Assembly: GCA_020072655.1 (NCBI GenBank)
Contig: JAIQGH010000013.1
Span: 1-32,455 of the forward strand
DNA length: 32,455 nucleotides
Reading direction: 5' to 3'
From: Terriglobia bacterium
GTDB taxonomy: Bacteria; Acidobacteriota; Terriglobia; UBA7540
Positions 1 through 8,376 of the stretch are shown here, in pieces (positions within the stretch are counted from its first letter, which is position 1; every line of letters starts with the position of its first letter). Below the pieces are notes generated by a model that saw only the letters and a program-made list of their open reading frames with translations, did no database searches and had not been told where the DNA came from. The position numbers were made by a program, and so were the translations under genes.

Positions 1-161
1 TCACCGTAGGAGAGAGGTTAGTTATGGATGCCGCCAGCATACGCCGCATGTATCGGCAAGTCAACGCGTAGCGCCGGCATCTTGCCGGCAGTGGGCTGTG
101 CGTGCCTGAAGGCGACCTCTACCCCTGACACCTGCCCTTACGGCGGCAAATTCATGCGGCG

Positions 162-1763
162 TCAGGGCAAGGGGACCATCCACTTCAGCCAATAGGCCTG
201 TGCGAAGGCCAGCAAACTGAGGAAGAGTGCCAGGACGATGCTATGCCAGAATGTGCTCCGCACCACGTCACCTTCCTGGCCGACCAGACCCACGGTCGTC
301 ACCCCCACCGCCACGTTCTGGGGAGAGATCATCTTTCCGGCCACGGCTCCCGAGGAGTTCGTCGCCGCAAGCAGCACAGGGTTGACGCCGATCTGGTGTC
401 CTACGGCAACTTGCAGGTTGCCAAAGAGCAGATTGGCCGCCGTGTCGCTGCCGCTCAGGAAGCAGGCTACCCAGCCCAGAAATCCGCTTACTAACGGAAA
501 CATGCCGCCTAGCCCGGCGAGCGCTGCGCCGAGCGTGTAAGCCATGCCCGAATAGTTGTAGAGATAGGCCAAGGCTACAATCAATCCCACGGTCAGGCCG
601 GGCTTGCGGAGCTGGCGCAAGGTTTTCAGGCCGGAGGTCAGGAACATTCGGACTGGGACGCGGAAGGCCGCAGCAGTGAGCAAAGTCGCCGCGAGCGCCG
701 CTGTCCCGGCAGCAAGGGGTTGAAAAACGAAGACGGCTGCGTAGGGCCTTTGGTAGAGAGCGATGAAGATGGCGTTGTGAAGGCCCCAGACCGGAATCGA
801 GATCTGGCCTCGCCCAAACAGGTTGAGGTAAGACCAGCCGATCATCACCGCTGCGAGAATGACCCACGGCGCCCAGGCGGTAACCGCTTCCCGCGCTGAG
901 AGCCCGGCGCTGGCCGATGGGCCGGAAGCGGCCCCACGGTTTGAGTTCGCGGGCTGCCAAACTCGAAGGAAGCCCACCAAGGCGGCGATAGCCACCAGCG
1001 CCGCAATGATGTCTGCGGCATAAGGCCCCCAGAAATTTGAGACCGCGAATTGCGTCAGGGCAAAACTTGCGCCTCCGATCAAGGCCGCGGGCCAACTCTC
1101 CTTCAAACCCTTCCTCCCAGCGACAACCCAGACGATGTAACCGGGCAGCAGCAGAGAAAGGAAGGGCAGTTGCCGCCCCACCATTGCTGACAGTTTCATC
1201 TGGTCGAGGCCGGTCACTCCCGCCAGCGCAACAATGGGAATACCCAAGCCTCCATAAGCTACCGGCGCGGTGTTGGCAATGAGCGAAACGGTCACGGCTT
1301 GGCGGGGGTTGAAGCCGAGGCCCACCAGCAGGAAGGCAGCCATCGCCACCGGCGCGCCGAACCCGGCCATGCCCTCGAGGAGGGCGCCGAAGGAAAAGGC
1401 CACCAGAATCGCCTGCAGGCACTGGTCGCCGGAAGCGTGCTCTGCCATCCAGCGGCGCAGGAGGTCGAATTGGCCGGTTTCAACGCTCAGGTTGTAGAGC
1501 CACAGCGCGGCGAAGACGATCCAGAGGATCGGCCAGAGGGCGAAGACGCACCCGTACCCGGCGCTCAGCGCTGCGAGCTTCAGGGGCATTCGCCAGACCA
1601 GTGCCGCGAGGATCGCCGCCGTTGCCAACCCACATGCCGCCGACAACGCCCCGGACTTCCTCAGGCCACCCATCAGGATGAGGAGAACAGCAAGGGGGAT
1701 CACTGCCCCGAGCGCTGAAAGCGGCATCCAGCCGAGCGGGTTAAGCGGTTGGACCCAACTCAT
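162..1763 (-). CDS. lctP: L-lactate permease (LctP/LldP family)
   Basis: 533-aa polytopic membrane protein. The N-terminus (MSWVQPLNPLGW...ALSAACGLATAAILAALVW) and overall hydrophobic architecture match the LctP lactate permease family. Other-frame ORFs over the same DNA are GC-rich artefacts. Confidence 0.88.
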   Translation of the reverse strand: MSWVQPLNPLGWMPLSALGAVIPLAVLLILMGGLRKSGALSAACGLATAAILAALVWRMPLKLAALSAGYGCVFALWPILWIVFAALWLYNLSVETGQFDLLRRWMAEHASGDQCLQAILVAFSFGALLEGMAGFGAPVAMAAFLLVGLGFNPRQAVTVSLIANTAPVAYGGLGIPIVALAGVTGLDQMKLSAMVGRQLPFLSLLLPGYIVWVVAGRKGLKESWPAALIGGASFALTQFAVSNFWGPYAADIIAALVAIAALVGFLRVWQPANSNRGAASGPSASAGLSAREAVTAWAPWVILAAVMIGWSYLNLFGRGQISIPVWGLHNAIFIALYQRPYAAVFVFQPLAAGTAALAATLLTAAAFRVPVRMFLTSGLKTLRQLRKPGLTVGLIVALAYLYNYSGMAYTLGAALAGLGGMFPLVSGFLGWVACFLSGSDTAANLLFGNLQVAVGHQIGVNPVLLAATNSSGAVAGKMISPQNVAVGVTTVGLVGQEGDVVRSTFWHSIVLALFLSLLAFAQAYWLKWMVPLP

Positions 1764-1866
1764 GGGAAGCGATGAATGCTGAATGTTCAGAGTTGCCCCG
1801 CCCGCTGTTCTTGCGCGAGGCGCACCATCATAGCGTGTCGCAACTGCAAGTCAAGGCGAGAGGCGG

Positions 1867-3153
1867 TCAAGGCGTGCGATGGCCCGGCGGCTGCAATTCC
1901 CCCACCACGAACCAATAAGCCAGAAGCCCCGCGACGAGGACCACTGCCGCAAGCGCAAAACCCGGCGCGTAGGAGCCTGTCTGGGTGATGAGAAGCCCGG
2001 TGAGGAGCGGAGCCAGGACTCCGCCAATATTGCCGGCGAAATTCTCCATGCCTGTCCACACACCCACTTCCTCGGGCGGAGCGCAGCACTGCAGGATCAC
2101 GATGAGGTTTCCTGTCGCCAGGCCCACCAGGGAAGCTCCGATGACGAAAATAATTGCCGAGGTTGCGCTCCCGGCGCGCGAGGCCGGAATGAGCAACAGG
2201 CCCGACAAGAAAGCGAGAGTGACAATACCTTTCCGCGTACGCGTTTCGTTCCAGCCCATGCGGATGAGCCGATCCGCCACCCAGCCACCGATGGGTTCAC
2301 TGACTCCGAACACAAGAAAGGGAAGAGCGGAGTAGGCCCCTGCCCTCAATACCGTCAAGTGGCGGACCGTGACGAGGTAGTCTGGCAACCAGGTGAGCAG
2401 CAGGTACCAGTAATAGTCGAAGCAGAAGAACCCCAGACAAATCCCGAGCAAATCGCGGTTGAAAGTCAGGGGACGAAACCGCCGCCGGGAGGGATCGGAG
2501 CTCGGGGCTTGCGAGTTCGTGCGACCGCCGCGCACGCGGGATGGGAAGACCAGAAACCAGGGAATCAGCCACAAGAGCGCGGCGAAACCCACCAGCACGA
2601 ACGTTCGCCGCCATCCGTAGAGGAGCAGCAGCCAGGGAACGAGGACGCCGCCGAGGACCAATCCAATGCGCGTGCCGAAATCAAAGATCCCGCTGGGAAG
2701 GCCGCGCTCGTGGGACCGGTACAGCAAGCTGACGATTTTTGTCCCGCCGGGAAGATATACCGATTCTCCGATTCCGAGCATGATCCGAAAGAGGATGAGC
2801 ACTCCCAGACTCCCCGCGAAGCCGGTTAGGCCCTGGGCGAGACACCAGAAGGCGAACGTGCCCGCGTAAAGCCAGCGAAGGTTGAGGCGGTCCGCGCACC
2901 AGCCGATAGGGACTTGCATCAGCGCATACGACCAGAAAAAAGAGGACAGCAACAAGCCTTTGCTGATGGGATTAAGCCCCAGATCCGTGGAGACGAGCGG
3001 CAACGCCAGGGAGATCGTGGCGCGGTCCAGGTAGTTTATCAAGGAGGCGATGGAGAGCAGACTGACGATCCACCAACGGCGCGAATTCGACACCCGAAAC
3101 AGGACTTCCGCGGGCGGCGTGGAGCTCGTCTCTGATCGCGTGTCCGGGTTCAA
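1867..3153 (-). CDS. MFS transporter (anion:cation symporter-like)
   Basis: 428 aa. The N-terminal block LINYLDRATISLALP...GWCADRLN...FRIMLGIGES is a typical MFS signature region, with 12 predicted TM segments. Probably co-transcribed with the lactate permease downstream. Confidence 0.82.
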   Translation of the reverse strand: MNPDTRSETSSTPPAEVLFRVSNSRRWWIVSLLSIASLINYLDRATISLALPLVSTDLGLNPISKGLLLSSFFWSYALMQVPIGWCADRLNLRWLYAGTFAFWCLAQGLTGFAGSLGVLILFRIMLGIGESVYLPGGTKIVSLLYRSHERGLPSGIFDFGTRIGLVLGGVLVPWLLLLYGWRRTFVLVGFAALLWLIPWFLVFPSRVRGGRTNSQAPSSDPSRRRFRPLTFNRDLLGICLGFFCFDYYWYLLLTWLPDYLVTVRHLTVLRAGAYSALPFLVFGVSEPIGGWVADRLIRMGWNETRTRKGIVTLAFLSGLLLIPASRAGSATSAIIFVIGASLVGLATGNLIVILQCCAPPEEVGVWTGMENFAGNIGGVLAPLLTGLLITQTGSYAPGFALAAVVLVAGLLAYWFVVGELQPPGHRTP

Positions 3154-3533
3154 CCTAGGTCCCCCTTATCGGGCAGCTTGGGGAGCATACTTGATCACGT
3201 GGAAAGGTCAAGAGGGGCTTGCGGAGAAGTGGAGGCGTTTGAGCAGAGCTGGCAAGTCTCCTTGCCGATCAAGTCTGACAAACTGTCGCAGATTGGTCGA
3301 ATGCCGCGTCCAACCGTCCGGATGAGCCGGAAACGTAGGGAGGCGAGAGCTTCGGACAATTTATCTCCCAGACAAGAATCCCGGTTAGAGGCGTCTTCAT
3401 GGATAAGTGCCTTCTAATGAGAAGATTTTCACTTGCCCCGGCGGGTGGCACGAATCTCCGTAGGGCGCAGAATTGTGGCACATTCCCTCCGAATTCTCTT
3501 GACATCGTCCTATCGCAAGAGTAACTTTTTGTC

Positions 3534-3893
3534 GTGCACAGCAAAGGGCGACAGGATCGGCGGCTTCTGATTTTCCTGGCGAGCTTTGGTCTGCTGATGT
3601 TCTCCCCATGCCTTGCTGCTACGGAACAAGCACACAACGGACATCCCACTTCGCTCCAAACCGCGAGCTTGGGAGTATACTACCCAAGTAACAGTGCCTT
3701 CGTTAACCATGCCGCCGTAAGACGCCTCCGGCTCTTGCCGAATGCGGACATCGCTCAGGACCTAGTTAGCGCCAGTTTTGGAGGGTGGGTGGAACTCTAC
3801 CTCTCCAAAAGCTCCTTCACAAATTCCCAGGGCAAACTGTTCAATTGGCCCGCCGCAGGCGGGCTAAACCTTCTGTCGTGTAGAAGGGAATAG
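3534..3893 (+). CDS. hypothetical secreted protein
   Basis: 119-aa ORF in a lower-GC intergenic-looking stretch. N-terminal hydrophobic signal-like segment LLIFLASFGLLMFSPCLAA. Upstream TTGACA-17nt-TAACTT promoter-like sequence near 3500. No recognisable domain. Confidence 0.3.
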   Translation: MHSKGRQDRRLLIFLASFGLLMFSPCLAATEQAHNGHPTSLQTASLGVYYPSNSAFVNHAAVRRLRLLPNADIAQDLVSASFGGWVELYLSKSSFTNSQGKLFNWPAAGGLNLLSCRRE

Positions 3894-4021
3894 ATCGACT
3901 CGGATCACGAGGATAACTCGTCCGCAACGTGCGGCCGGCAGACATTATCCCTTTCTCCGTCGTGCTTTGCTGAGCAGGTTCCCGACGGGAACGAGCACAT
4001 TTATCGTCAGGGAGGTGGGTC

Positions 4022-4450
4022 ATGGCTTTGGGATTCGCGAGTCCGCGGAGGCAAGAGCCTCCAGACTACTCCCAGCGGCAGAGGGTCCTGCTGGTTGAGC
4101 CTGACGGTCGGGACCGGCAATACTACTGTTCCGTTCTTGAGCGGGAAGGCTTCGAAGTATGCGCATGCGCCTCGTACAGCGAAGGTGACCGTTGCCTGCA
4201 AAACGGGCCGCTGGATTTCGTCGTCATCAACCAAGGCAGTCGCGCCTTTGAGGGTCGCAGTTTGCTCGAGCAAGTCTTGGCAATCGACCGGCACATTCCG
4301 GTGGTGGTTCTTACCCATTCCGTCGATATGCCCTGCTACCTGGAAGCGATGCAGCTAGGCGCCGTGGACTACCTCGAGAAACCGCTCTCCTCGGACGAGG
4401 TCATTCGCGTGGTCGAGACGCACTTACGCCCACGCGTTGGCTGCGCATGA
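4022..4450 (+). CDS. single-domain response-regulator receiver (REC) protein, atypical (Asn at phospho-acceptor position)
   Basis: REC hallmarks are present: an acidic pair near the N-terminus (LLVEPD), a conserved Thr (VVVLTHS) and a conserved Lys (YLEKP). At the canonical phospho-Asp position the sequence is DFVVINQG, i.e. Asn instead of Asp. No output domain. Confidence 0.55.
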   Translation: MALGFASPRRQEPPDYSQRQRVLLVEPDGRDRQYYCSVLEREGFEVCACASYSEGDRCLQNGPLDFVVINQGSRAFEGRSLLEQVLAIDRHIPVVVLTHSVDMPCYLEAMQLGAVDYLEKPLSSDEVIRVVETHLRPRVGCA

Positions 4451-4470
4451 GTTCCTGGCAGACGCACGCA

Positions 4471-4512
4471 GCGGCGGGCGGGCCGGAGGCACGACCCACC
4501 CGCCGCGCCTCC
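4471..4512 (+). terminator. candidate intrinsic terminator after REC gene
   Basis: GC-rich stem gcggcgggcggg (4471-4482) pairs with cccacccgccgc (4495-4506) with one mismatch, followed by a weak T-tract (ctccttttac). Confidence 0.3.
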
Positions 4513-4693
4513 TTTTACGCACATCCCCTAGCTGCCTGACCTCCAATCTCCCCTCCTTTGTATCTTCCAGATGAGTCCGTCCCGCACTTGGGTTAGTCCC
4601 CGACGCTGTATTCGGGGTTGGGACGCACCAGCTTGGCCGGCCTGCGGTTGTTGCCGCGCCGCCATCGGGTGTGTTAGTTTTTAATATTTAGGG

Positions 4694-5164
4694 TTGGGCT
4701 TTGCTTTTGGCGATAAAAGCGGGGCGACGCAAGCAAGCGGGTCATCAGTGGCGAAAAGAGCTGTTGGGCAAACGGCTGCGGTCAAATTCAGACCCGATCG
4801 GGGGCGCCTGGTGCGCGTCGCGGTGGCGGCTTGGCTGATCCCCGGCAGCGGGCACCTGATGCTCGGCCGGAAATGGCGGGCCTTGATCCTTTTTATCTCC
4901 ATCCTCAGCATGTTCCTGCTCGGGCTTGTCATGAGCGGTGAATTCTTCACTGTGCACGCCGGATCCCTTCTTGAGCGGCTGGGCTTCTTTGGCGAGATGG
5001 CGGTGGGCGTGGCGATGCCGACCACCCTGTTCTTTGGGTATTCCGGTGGTGACCCGTTCTTCGTCAGCGCGGATTACGGGACTGCGTTTCTGGTCGCCGC
5101 CGGGATGCTCAATGTGCTGGCGATCTTCGATGCTTACGATATCGCCATGGGAAGGAAGAATTAG
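4694..5164 (+). CDS. small integral membrane protein (start uncertain)
   Basis: 156-aa ORF with 3-4 predicted TM helices (WLIPGSGHLMLGRKWRALILFISILSMFLLGLV...). The N-terminal 40 aa are hydrophilic, so the true start may be downstream. Confidence 0.45.
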   Translation: MGFAFGDKSGATQASGSSVAKRAVGQTAAVKFRPDRGRLVRVAVAAWLIPGSGHLMLGRKWRALILFISILSMFLLGLVMSGEFFTVHAGSLLERLGFFGEMAVGVAMPTTLFFGYSGGDPFFVSADYGTAFLVAAGMLNVLAIFDAYDIAMGRKN

Positions 5165-5260
5165 GCGATTTTGCGATTGAGTGATTTAGCGATTGAGAGA
5201 TTGCAGCAGCGTTTGGCAAGCTTCTCCAATTCACTCAATCACCCAATCACGCAATCGCAC
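5165..5260. repeat. imperfect long inverted repeat built from GATTGAG-like heptamers
   Basis: Left arm gcgattttgcgattgagtgatttagcgattgagagattg (5165-5203). Right arm aattcactcaatcacccaatcacgcaatcgc (5229-5259) is its approximate reverse complement. Located between two small membrane-protein genes. Confidence 0.5.
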
Positions 5261-5270
5261 AATTAGAGCA

Positions 5271-5447
5271 ATGGTCATTTCTCACTTTTCCGCCCTGCTC
5301 TTGTTTTCCTTCTTCGTCTCGGTCGTCTTCGGACTGCTGAGCAAGGATACGCCTCGCGAGCGCGTCATCTACGGGGCCAAAGTCTTCGTTGCCTTCGTGG
5401 GCATCGCCCTCCTCCTTGGCTGGATCATGTATCCCGTCCCCTGGTAA
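5271..5447 (+). CDS. small membrane protein (2 TM)
   Basis: 59 aa from the internal ATG at 5271 (MVISHFSALLLFSFFVSVVFGLL...VFVAFVGIALLLGWIMYPVPW). The 5193 ORF start lies inside the repeat block and is unlikely to be real. Confidence 0.35.
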   Translation: MVISHFSALLLFSFFVSVVFGLLSKDTPRERVIYGAKVFVAFVGIALLLGWIMYPVPW

Positions 5448-5586
5448 TTGAGTGGTTGAGGCCGCCGTCCGCCTTGACTTCGGGGTGGGCGCGGCATAGA
5501 GTATCGCGCAACTACAGCAGTCAGCGTGTACGTGCCGGAGTCATCGCCCGGTGAAGGTGTGCCCTGGTTCCGAGGAGGCATGATCC

Positions 5587-6141
5587 ATGTTGTTGCTTGC
5601 GGCTTTCTCAGCGTTCGCCGTTTTCCTCGGGATTGCGGCGATTGGTTTTCTGGTTCTCATCGTCAGTTTCGCCTTTGGTGAACTCTTCGACCACGCCGAC
5701 CTCTTCGGCGGCCATGACGTGGACGTCCATGGGGAAGTGGGCGGCGTCAGCTTCTTGAGTAGCCGCGTGCTCAGCGTATTCGTAACCGCGTTTGGCGGCT
5801 TCGGCGCCATCGGGATTCATATGGGTTACAGCATTGGGGCGAGCACGGGGATGGGCTTGGCGGGTGGGCTGGTTTTCGGCGGGCTTATCTACGCCTTCGC
5901 GAGTTTTCTGTATAGCCAGCAGGCCTCCACCGACATCCGGGTCAGTGACCTGGTCGGGCAAACGGGCGAGGTGAGCGTGGCGATCCCCAAAGGCGGGGTG
6001 GGCCAGGTCCGTTGCACGCTCGGCCAGAGCATGATCGAGAAAGTCGCCCGTTCCAGGGACGGTGAGCCCATCGCCCTCAACGCTCTGGTAAAGATCGAGG
6101 CTATCGTTGGCGATACTGTCCTGGTGCACCGGGCAGAGTAG
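5587..6141 (+). CDS. NfeD-like membrane protein (YuaF-type, OB-fold C-terminus), flotillin partner
   Basis: N-terminal TM helices plus a C-terminal beta-rich soluble domain (GEVSVAIPKGGVGQVRC...ALVKIEAIVGDTVLV), typical of short NfeD proteins. GAGGAGG RBS 9 nt upstream. Immediately precedes a flotillin gene, the conserved NfeD-SPFH operon arrangement. Confidence 0.75.
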   Translation: MLLLAAFSAFAVFLGIAAIGFLVLIVSFAFGELFDHADLFGGHDVDVHGEVGGVSFLSSRVLSVFVTAFGGFGAIGIHMGYSIGASTGMGLAGGLVFGGLIYAFASFLYSQQASTDIRVSDLVGQTGEVSVAIPKGGVGQVRCTLGQSMIEKVARSRDGEPIALNALVKIEAIVGDTVLVHRAE

Positions 6142-6203
6142 CGCTCTGCGGTTGGCCGATTCGCGATAAGAACGCAGGCGTTCGTCGAGTAAGGAGGATG
6201 ATC

Positions 6204-7814
6204 ATGTTACCGGAACTTACGCAATTCTTCGTCCCGTTAGTCGTGGTGGCAGTGGTCTTGGCCCTGATCGTGGCCATGGCCTTGTTCGGCCGCAACTACA
6301 TCAAGGTGCCGCCCAATGCCGTAGCGATCTTCAGCGGGCGCAAGCACCGGTTGCCGGACGGCAAACTCGTCGGCTATCGCATGGTCCGCGGCGGCGCAGC
6401 GTTTCGCTGGCCCCTGCTCGAGCAGGTGGATTACCTCTGGCTGAACGTCTTCACGATTCCGCTCGAAATCAAGCGCGCCTATACGCTCAAGGGCGTGCCG
6501 ATTTCGGTGAAAGCCGTCGCTAACGTCAAGATCAAAGGCGACGACATGTCACTTTCTGCGGCGGCGGAGCGCTTCCTCAAGATGGGGCAGGAACAGATCC
6601 AGCGTGTCATTTTCCAGACGTTGGAAGGCCACCTGCGCGCCATCCTGGGCACGCTGACCGTCGAGGAAGTGAATAGCGACCGCCAGAGCTTCGCGCAAAA
6701 GCTGACGTCGGAGGCTGCCCAGGACCTCGAGCGCATGGGCATCGGCGTGGACGTGCTGACGATTCAGGAAATCAGTGATGAGGAAGGCTATCTCGACGCC
6801 CTGGGCAAGAAACGCACCGCGGAAGTCAAGCGTGACGGCACCATCGGCGAGGCCGAGGCCACTCGCGACTCCAAGATCAAATCCGCGGCCGCCATGCAGG
6901 AAGGGGAGAAGGCGAAGTTCGACGCTGACGCCAATATCGCCGCCGCACAGCGCGATTTCCAGGTGAAGCAGGCGCAGTACCAGGCCGAAGTAGAAATTGA
7001 AAAGGCCAAGGCCGCTCAGGCTGGCCCCCAGGCTGACGCCAAGGCCCGGCAGGCCGTGGTGGCCGAAGAAGTTCGCATCGAAAAATCGCGGACGCAGGAA
7101 CAGATTTCGGTTCAAGAGCAGGAAGTCATGCGCAAGCAGAAGGAACTCGAGGCCACGGTCGTCCGCCCCGCGGAGGCAGAGCGGCAAGCCGCCATTCTCC
7201 GCGCGGAAGCGAAGAAGCAGGCGGCTATTCTCGAGGCCGAGGGCCAGAAGAGCGCGCAGATTGCCCTCGCCGAGGCCCAGCAGGAAAAGCTCAAGCAAGA
7301 AGGCTTGGGCCGCGCCGCCGCCGTCGAGGCCGAGGGCCACGCGGAAGCGGCGAAGGTCGAGGCGATAGGACTCGCCCAGGCACGCGCCATCGAAGCGCAA
7401 GGCGTGGCTGAGGCGCAGGCCATCCTCAAGAAGGCTGAGGCCTGGAAACAGTTCAACGACGCCGCGAAGCTGCAAACAATTCTTGAAAAGTTGCCAAGCG
7501 TTTTACAGGCTTCGGCGGGGATTTTTGGAGCCGTGGCCGCTCCGCTCGGCAATATCGACAAGGTTGTCGTGATCGAGCAGGGGAACGGTGCAAACGTCGG
7601 CGACGGCACGGGGGGGATCGGCCGTCTGGCCAAGACCGGCCCGGCGCTGGTCTTTAGTCTCCTCCAGCAGTTGCAGGCGCTGGGACTGGATATCCCCACT
7701 GTCATGCAGCAACTTGGCGGGGGCGACGGCAGTAAGGTCGTGGAAGCCGCGAAGGCCGCAGTCGAAGCCGTCGCGAAGAAGTCAGAAGCCAGAGGTCAGA
7801 AGGCAGAAGGATGA
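6204..7814 (+). CDS. floT: flotillin-like SPFH/band-7 protein (FloT/YuaG-like)
   Basis: N-terminal TM segment, then an SPFH domain (IFSGRKHRL...PLEIKRAYTLKGVPISVKAVANVKI...LEGHLRAILGTLTVEEVNSDRQSF...GIGVDVLTIQEIS), then a long Glu/Ala-rich coiled-coil flotillin region. The ORF opens at 6198, but AAGGAGG directly abuts that ATG, so 6204 is the better-spaced start. Confidence 0.85.
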   Translation: MLPELTQFFVPLVVVAVVLALIVAMALFGRNYIKVPPNAVAIFSGRKHRLPDGKLVGYRMVRGGAAFRWPLLEQVDYLWLNVFTIPLEIKRAYTLKGVPISVKAVANVKIKGDDMSLSAAAERFLKMGQEQIQRVIFQTLEGHLRAILGTLTVEEVNSDRQSFAQKLTSEAAQDLERMGIGVDVLTIQEISDEEGYLDALGKKRTAEVKRDGTIGEAEATRDSKIKSAAAMQEGEKAKFDADANIAAAQRDFQVKQAQYQAEVEIEKAKAAQAGPQADAKARQAVVAEEVRIEKSRTQEQISVQEQEVMRKQKELEATVVRPAEAERQAAILRAEAKKQAAILEAEGQKSAQIALAEAQQEKLKQEGLGRAAAVEAEGHAEAAKVEAIGLAQARAIEAQGVAEAQAILKKAEAWKQFNDAAKLQTILEKLPSVLQASAGIFGAVAAPLGNIDKVVVIEQGNGANVGDGTGGIGRLAKTGPALVFSLLQQLQALGLDIPTVMQQLGGGDGSKVVEAAKAAVEAVAKKSEARGQKAEG

Positions 7815-7905
7815 ATAGTGAATAGCGAATTTTGAATTCCGAATTGCCAAGGACGAAGGACAAAGGACTAAGGACTAAGGAGTAAGAACGAACTCACGGA
7901 CTCGG
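7815..7905. repeat. tandem short-unit low-complexity repeats (gaatag x2, gaatt x3, aggac-like x5)
   Basis: tgaatagtgaatagcgaattttgaattccgaattgccaaggacgaaggacaaaggactaaggactaaggagtaag lies directly between the flotillin stop and the next gene start. Confidence 0.5.
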
Positions 7906-7911
7906 TGACCC

Positions 7912-8376
7912 ATGGACGCCTACCATCCTTCCGCCAAATTCCATCCCGGTCGTGCCGATACGCTGGTTGTGTATTGCAGCGACAGTCGCATCCAGGCAGC
8001 CGTGCAGGAGTTTTTGGCGAGCAGCCTCAACCTCGGCGGCAGTTACGATGTGCTGGCAATCCCCGGAGGACCGCAAAGCCTCACGCTCATTGAGTATTTG
8101 CCCAAGCTGTCTTGGGCGTTGGGGAAGTGGTTGCGTTTCCTGGTCGATGCCCATGAGCTCAAGCGTATCGTGCTAATCGCGCATCAAGACTGCGGCTGGT
8201 ACAAGCAACTGCCGTTCCATCTTTTCGGCTCTTCCGACCCACGCACGCGGCAGGAAGACGACTTGCGCCGTGCGCGGCGCAGTCTGGCCGGGGATTTCCC
8301 CCAGGTTCTGATGGATCTCTATTACGTCACTTGGGATGCCAATAATCGCGTCACGATCGAAGCTGTCGCCGGCTGA
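7912..8376 (+). CDS. beta-carbonic-anhydrase-like protein (short form)
   Basis: Contains the beta-CA zinc-ligand signatures CSDSR (VVYCSDSRIQ) and HxxCG (IAHQDCGWY). At 154 aa it is shorter than canonical beta-CAs. Confidence 0.55.
   Translation: MDAYHPSAKFHPGRADTLVVYCSDSRIQAAVQEFLASSLNLGGSYDVLAIPGGPQSLTLIEYLPKLSWALGKWLRFLVDAHELKRIVLIAHQDCGWYKQLPFHLFGSSDPRTRQEDDLRRARRSLAGDFPQVLMDLYYVTWDANNRVTIEAVAG

Noticed and set aside
73-92. Small hairpin gccggca-tctt-tgccggc downstream of the lactate permease 3' end
   Set aside because: 7-bp stem without a following T-tract on the relevant (minus) strand. Too weak to call a terminator.
268-1718. Multiple 60-384-aa ORFs in other frames and on the opposite strand over the lactate-permease gene
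   Set aside because: Arg/Gly/Pro-rich translations typical of off-frame readings of GC-rich coding DNA. The 533-aa permease frame explains the region.
1879-2829. 316-aa plus-strand ORF antisense to the MFS transporter
   Set aside because: Low-complexity charged and Arg-rich composition with no domain. The MFS frame on the minus strand is clearly the real gene.
5608-7705. Minus-strand ORFs (173, 308 and 197 aa) antisense to NfeD and flotillin
   Set aside because: Antisense of EA-rich coiled-coil coding sequence gives long open Leu/Arg/Gly frames. No RBS or domain support.
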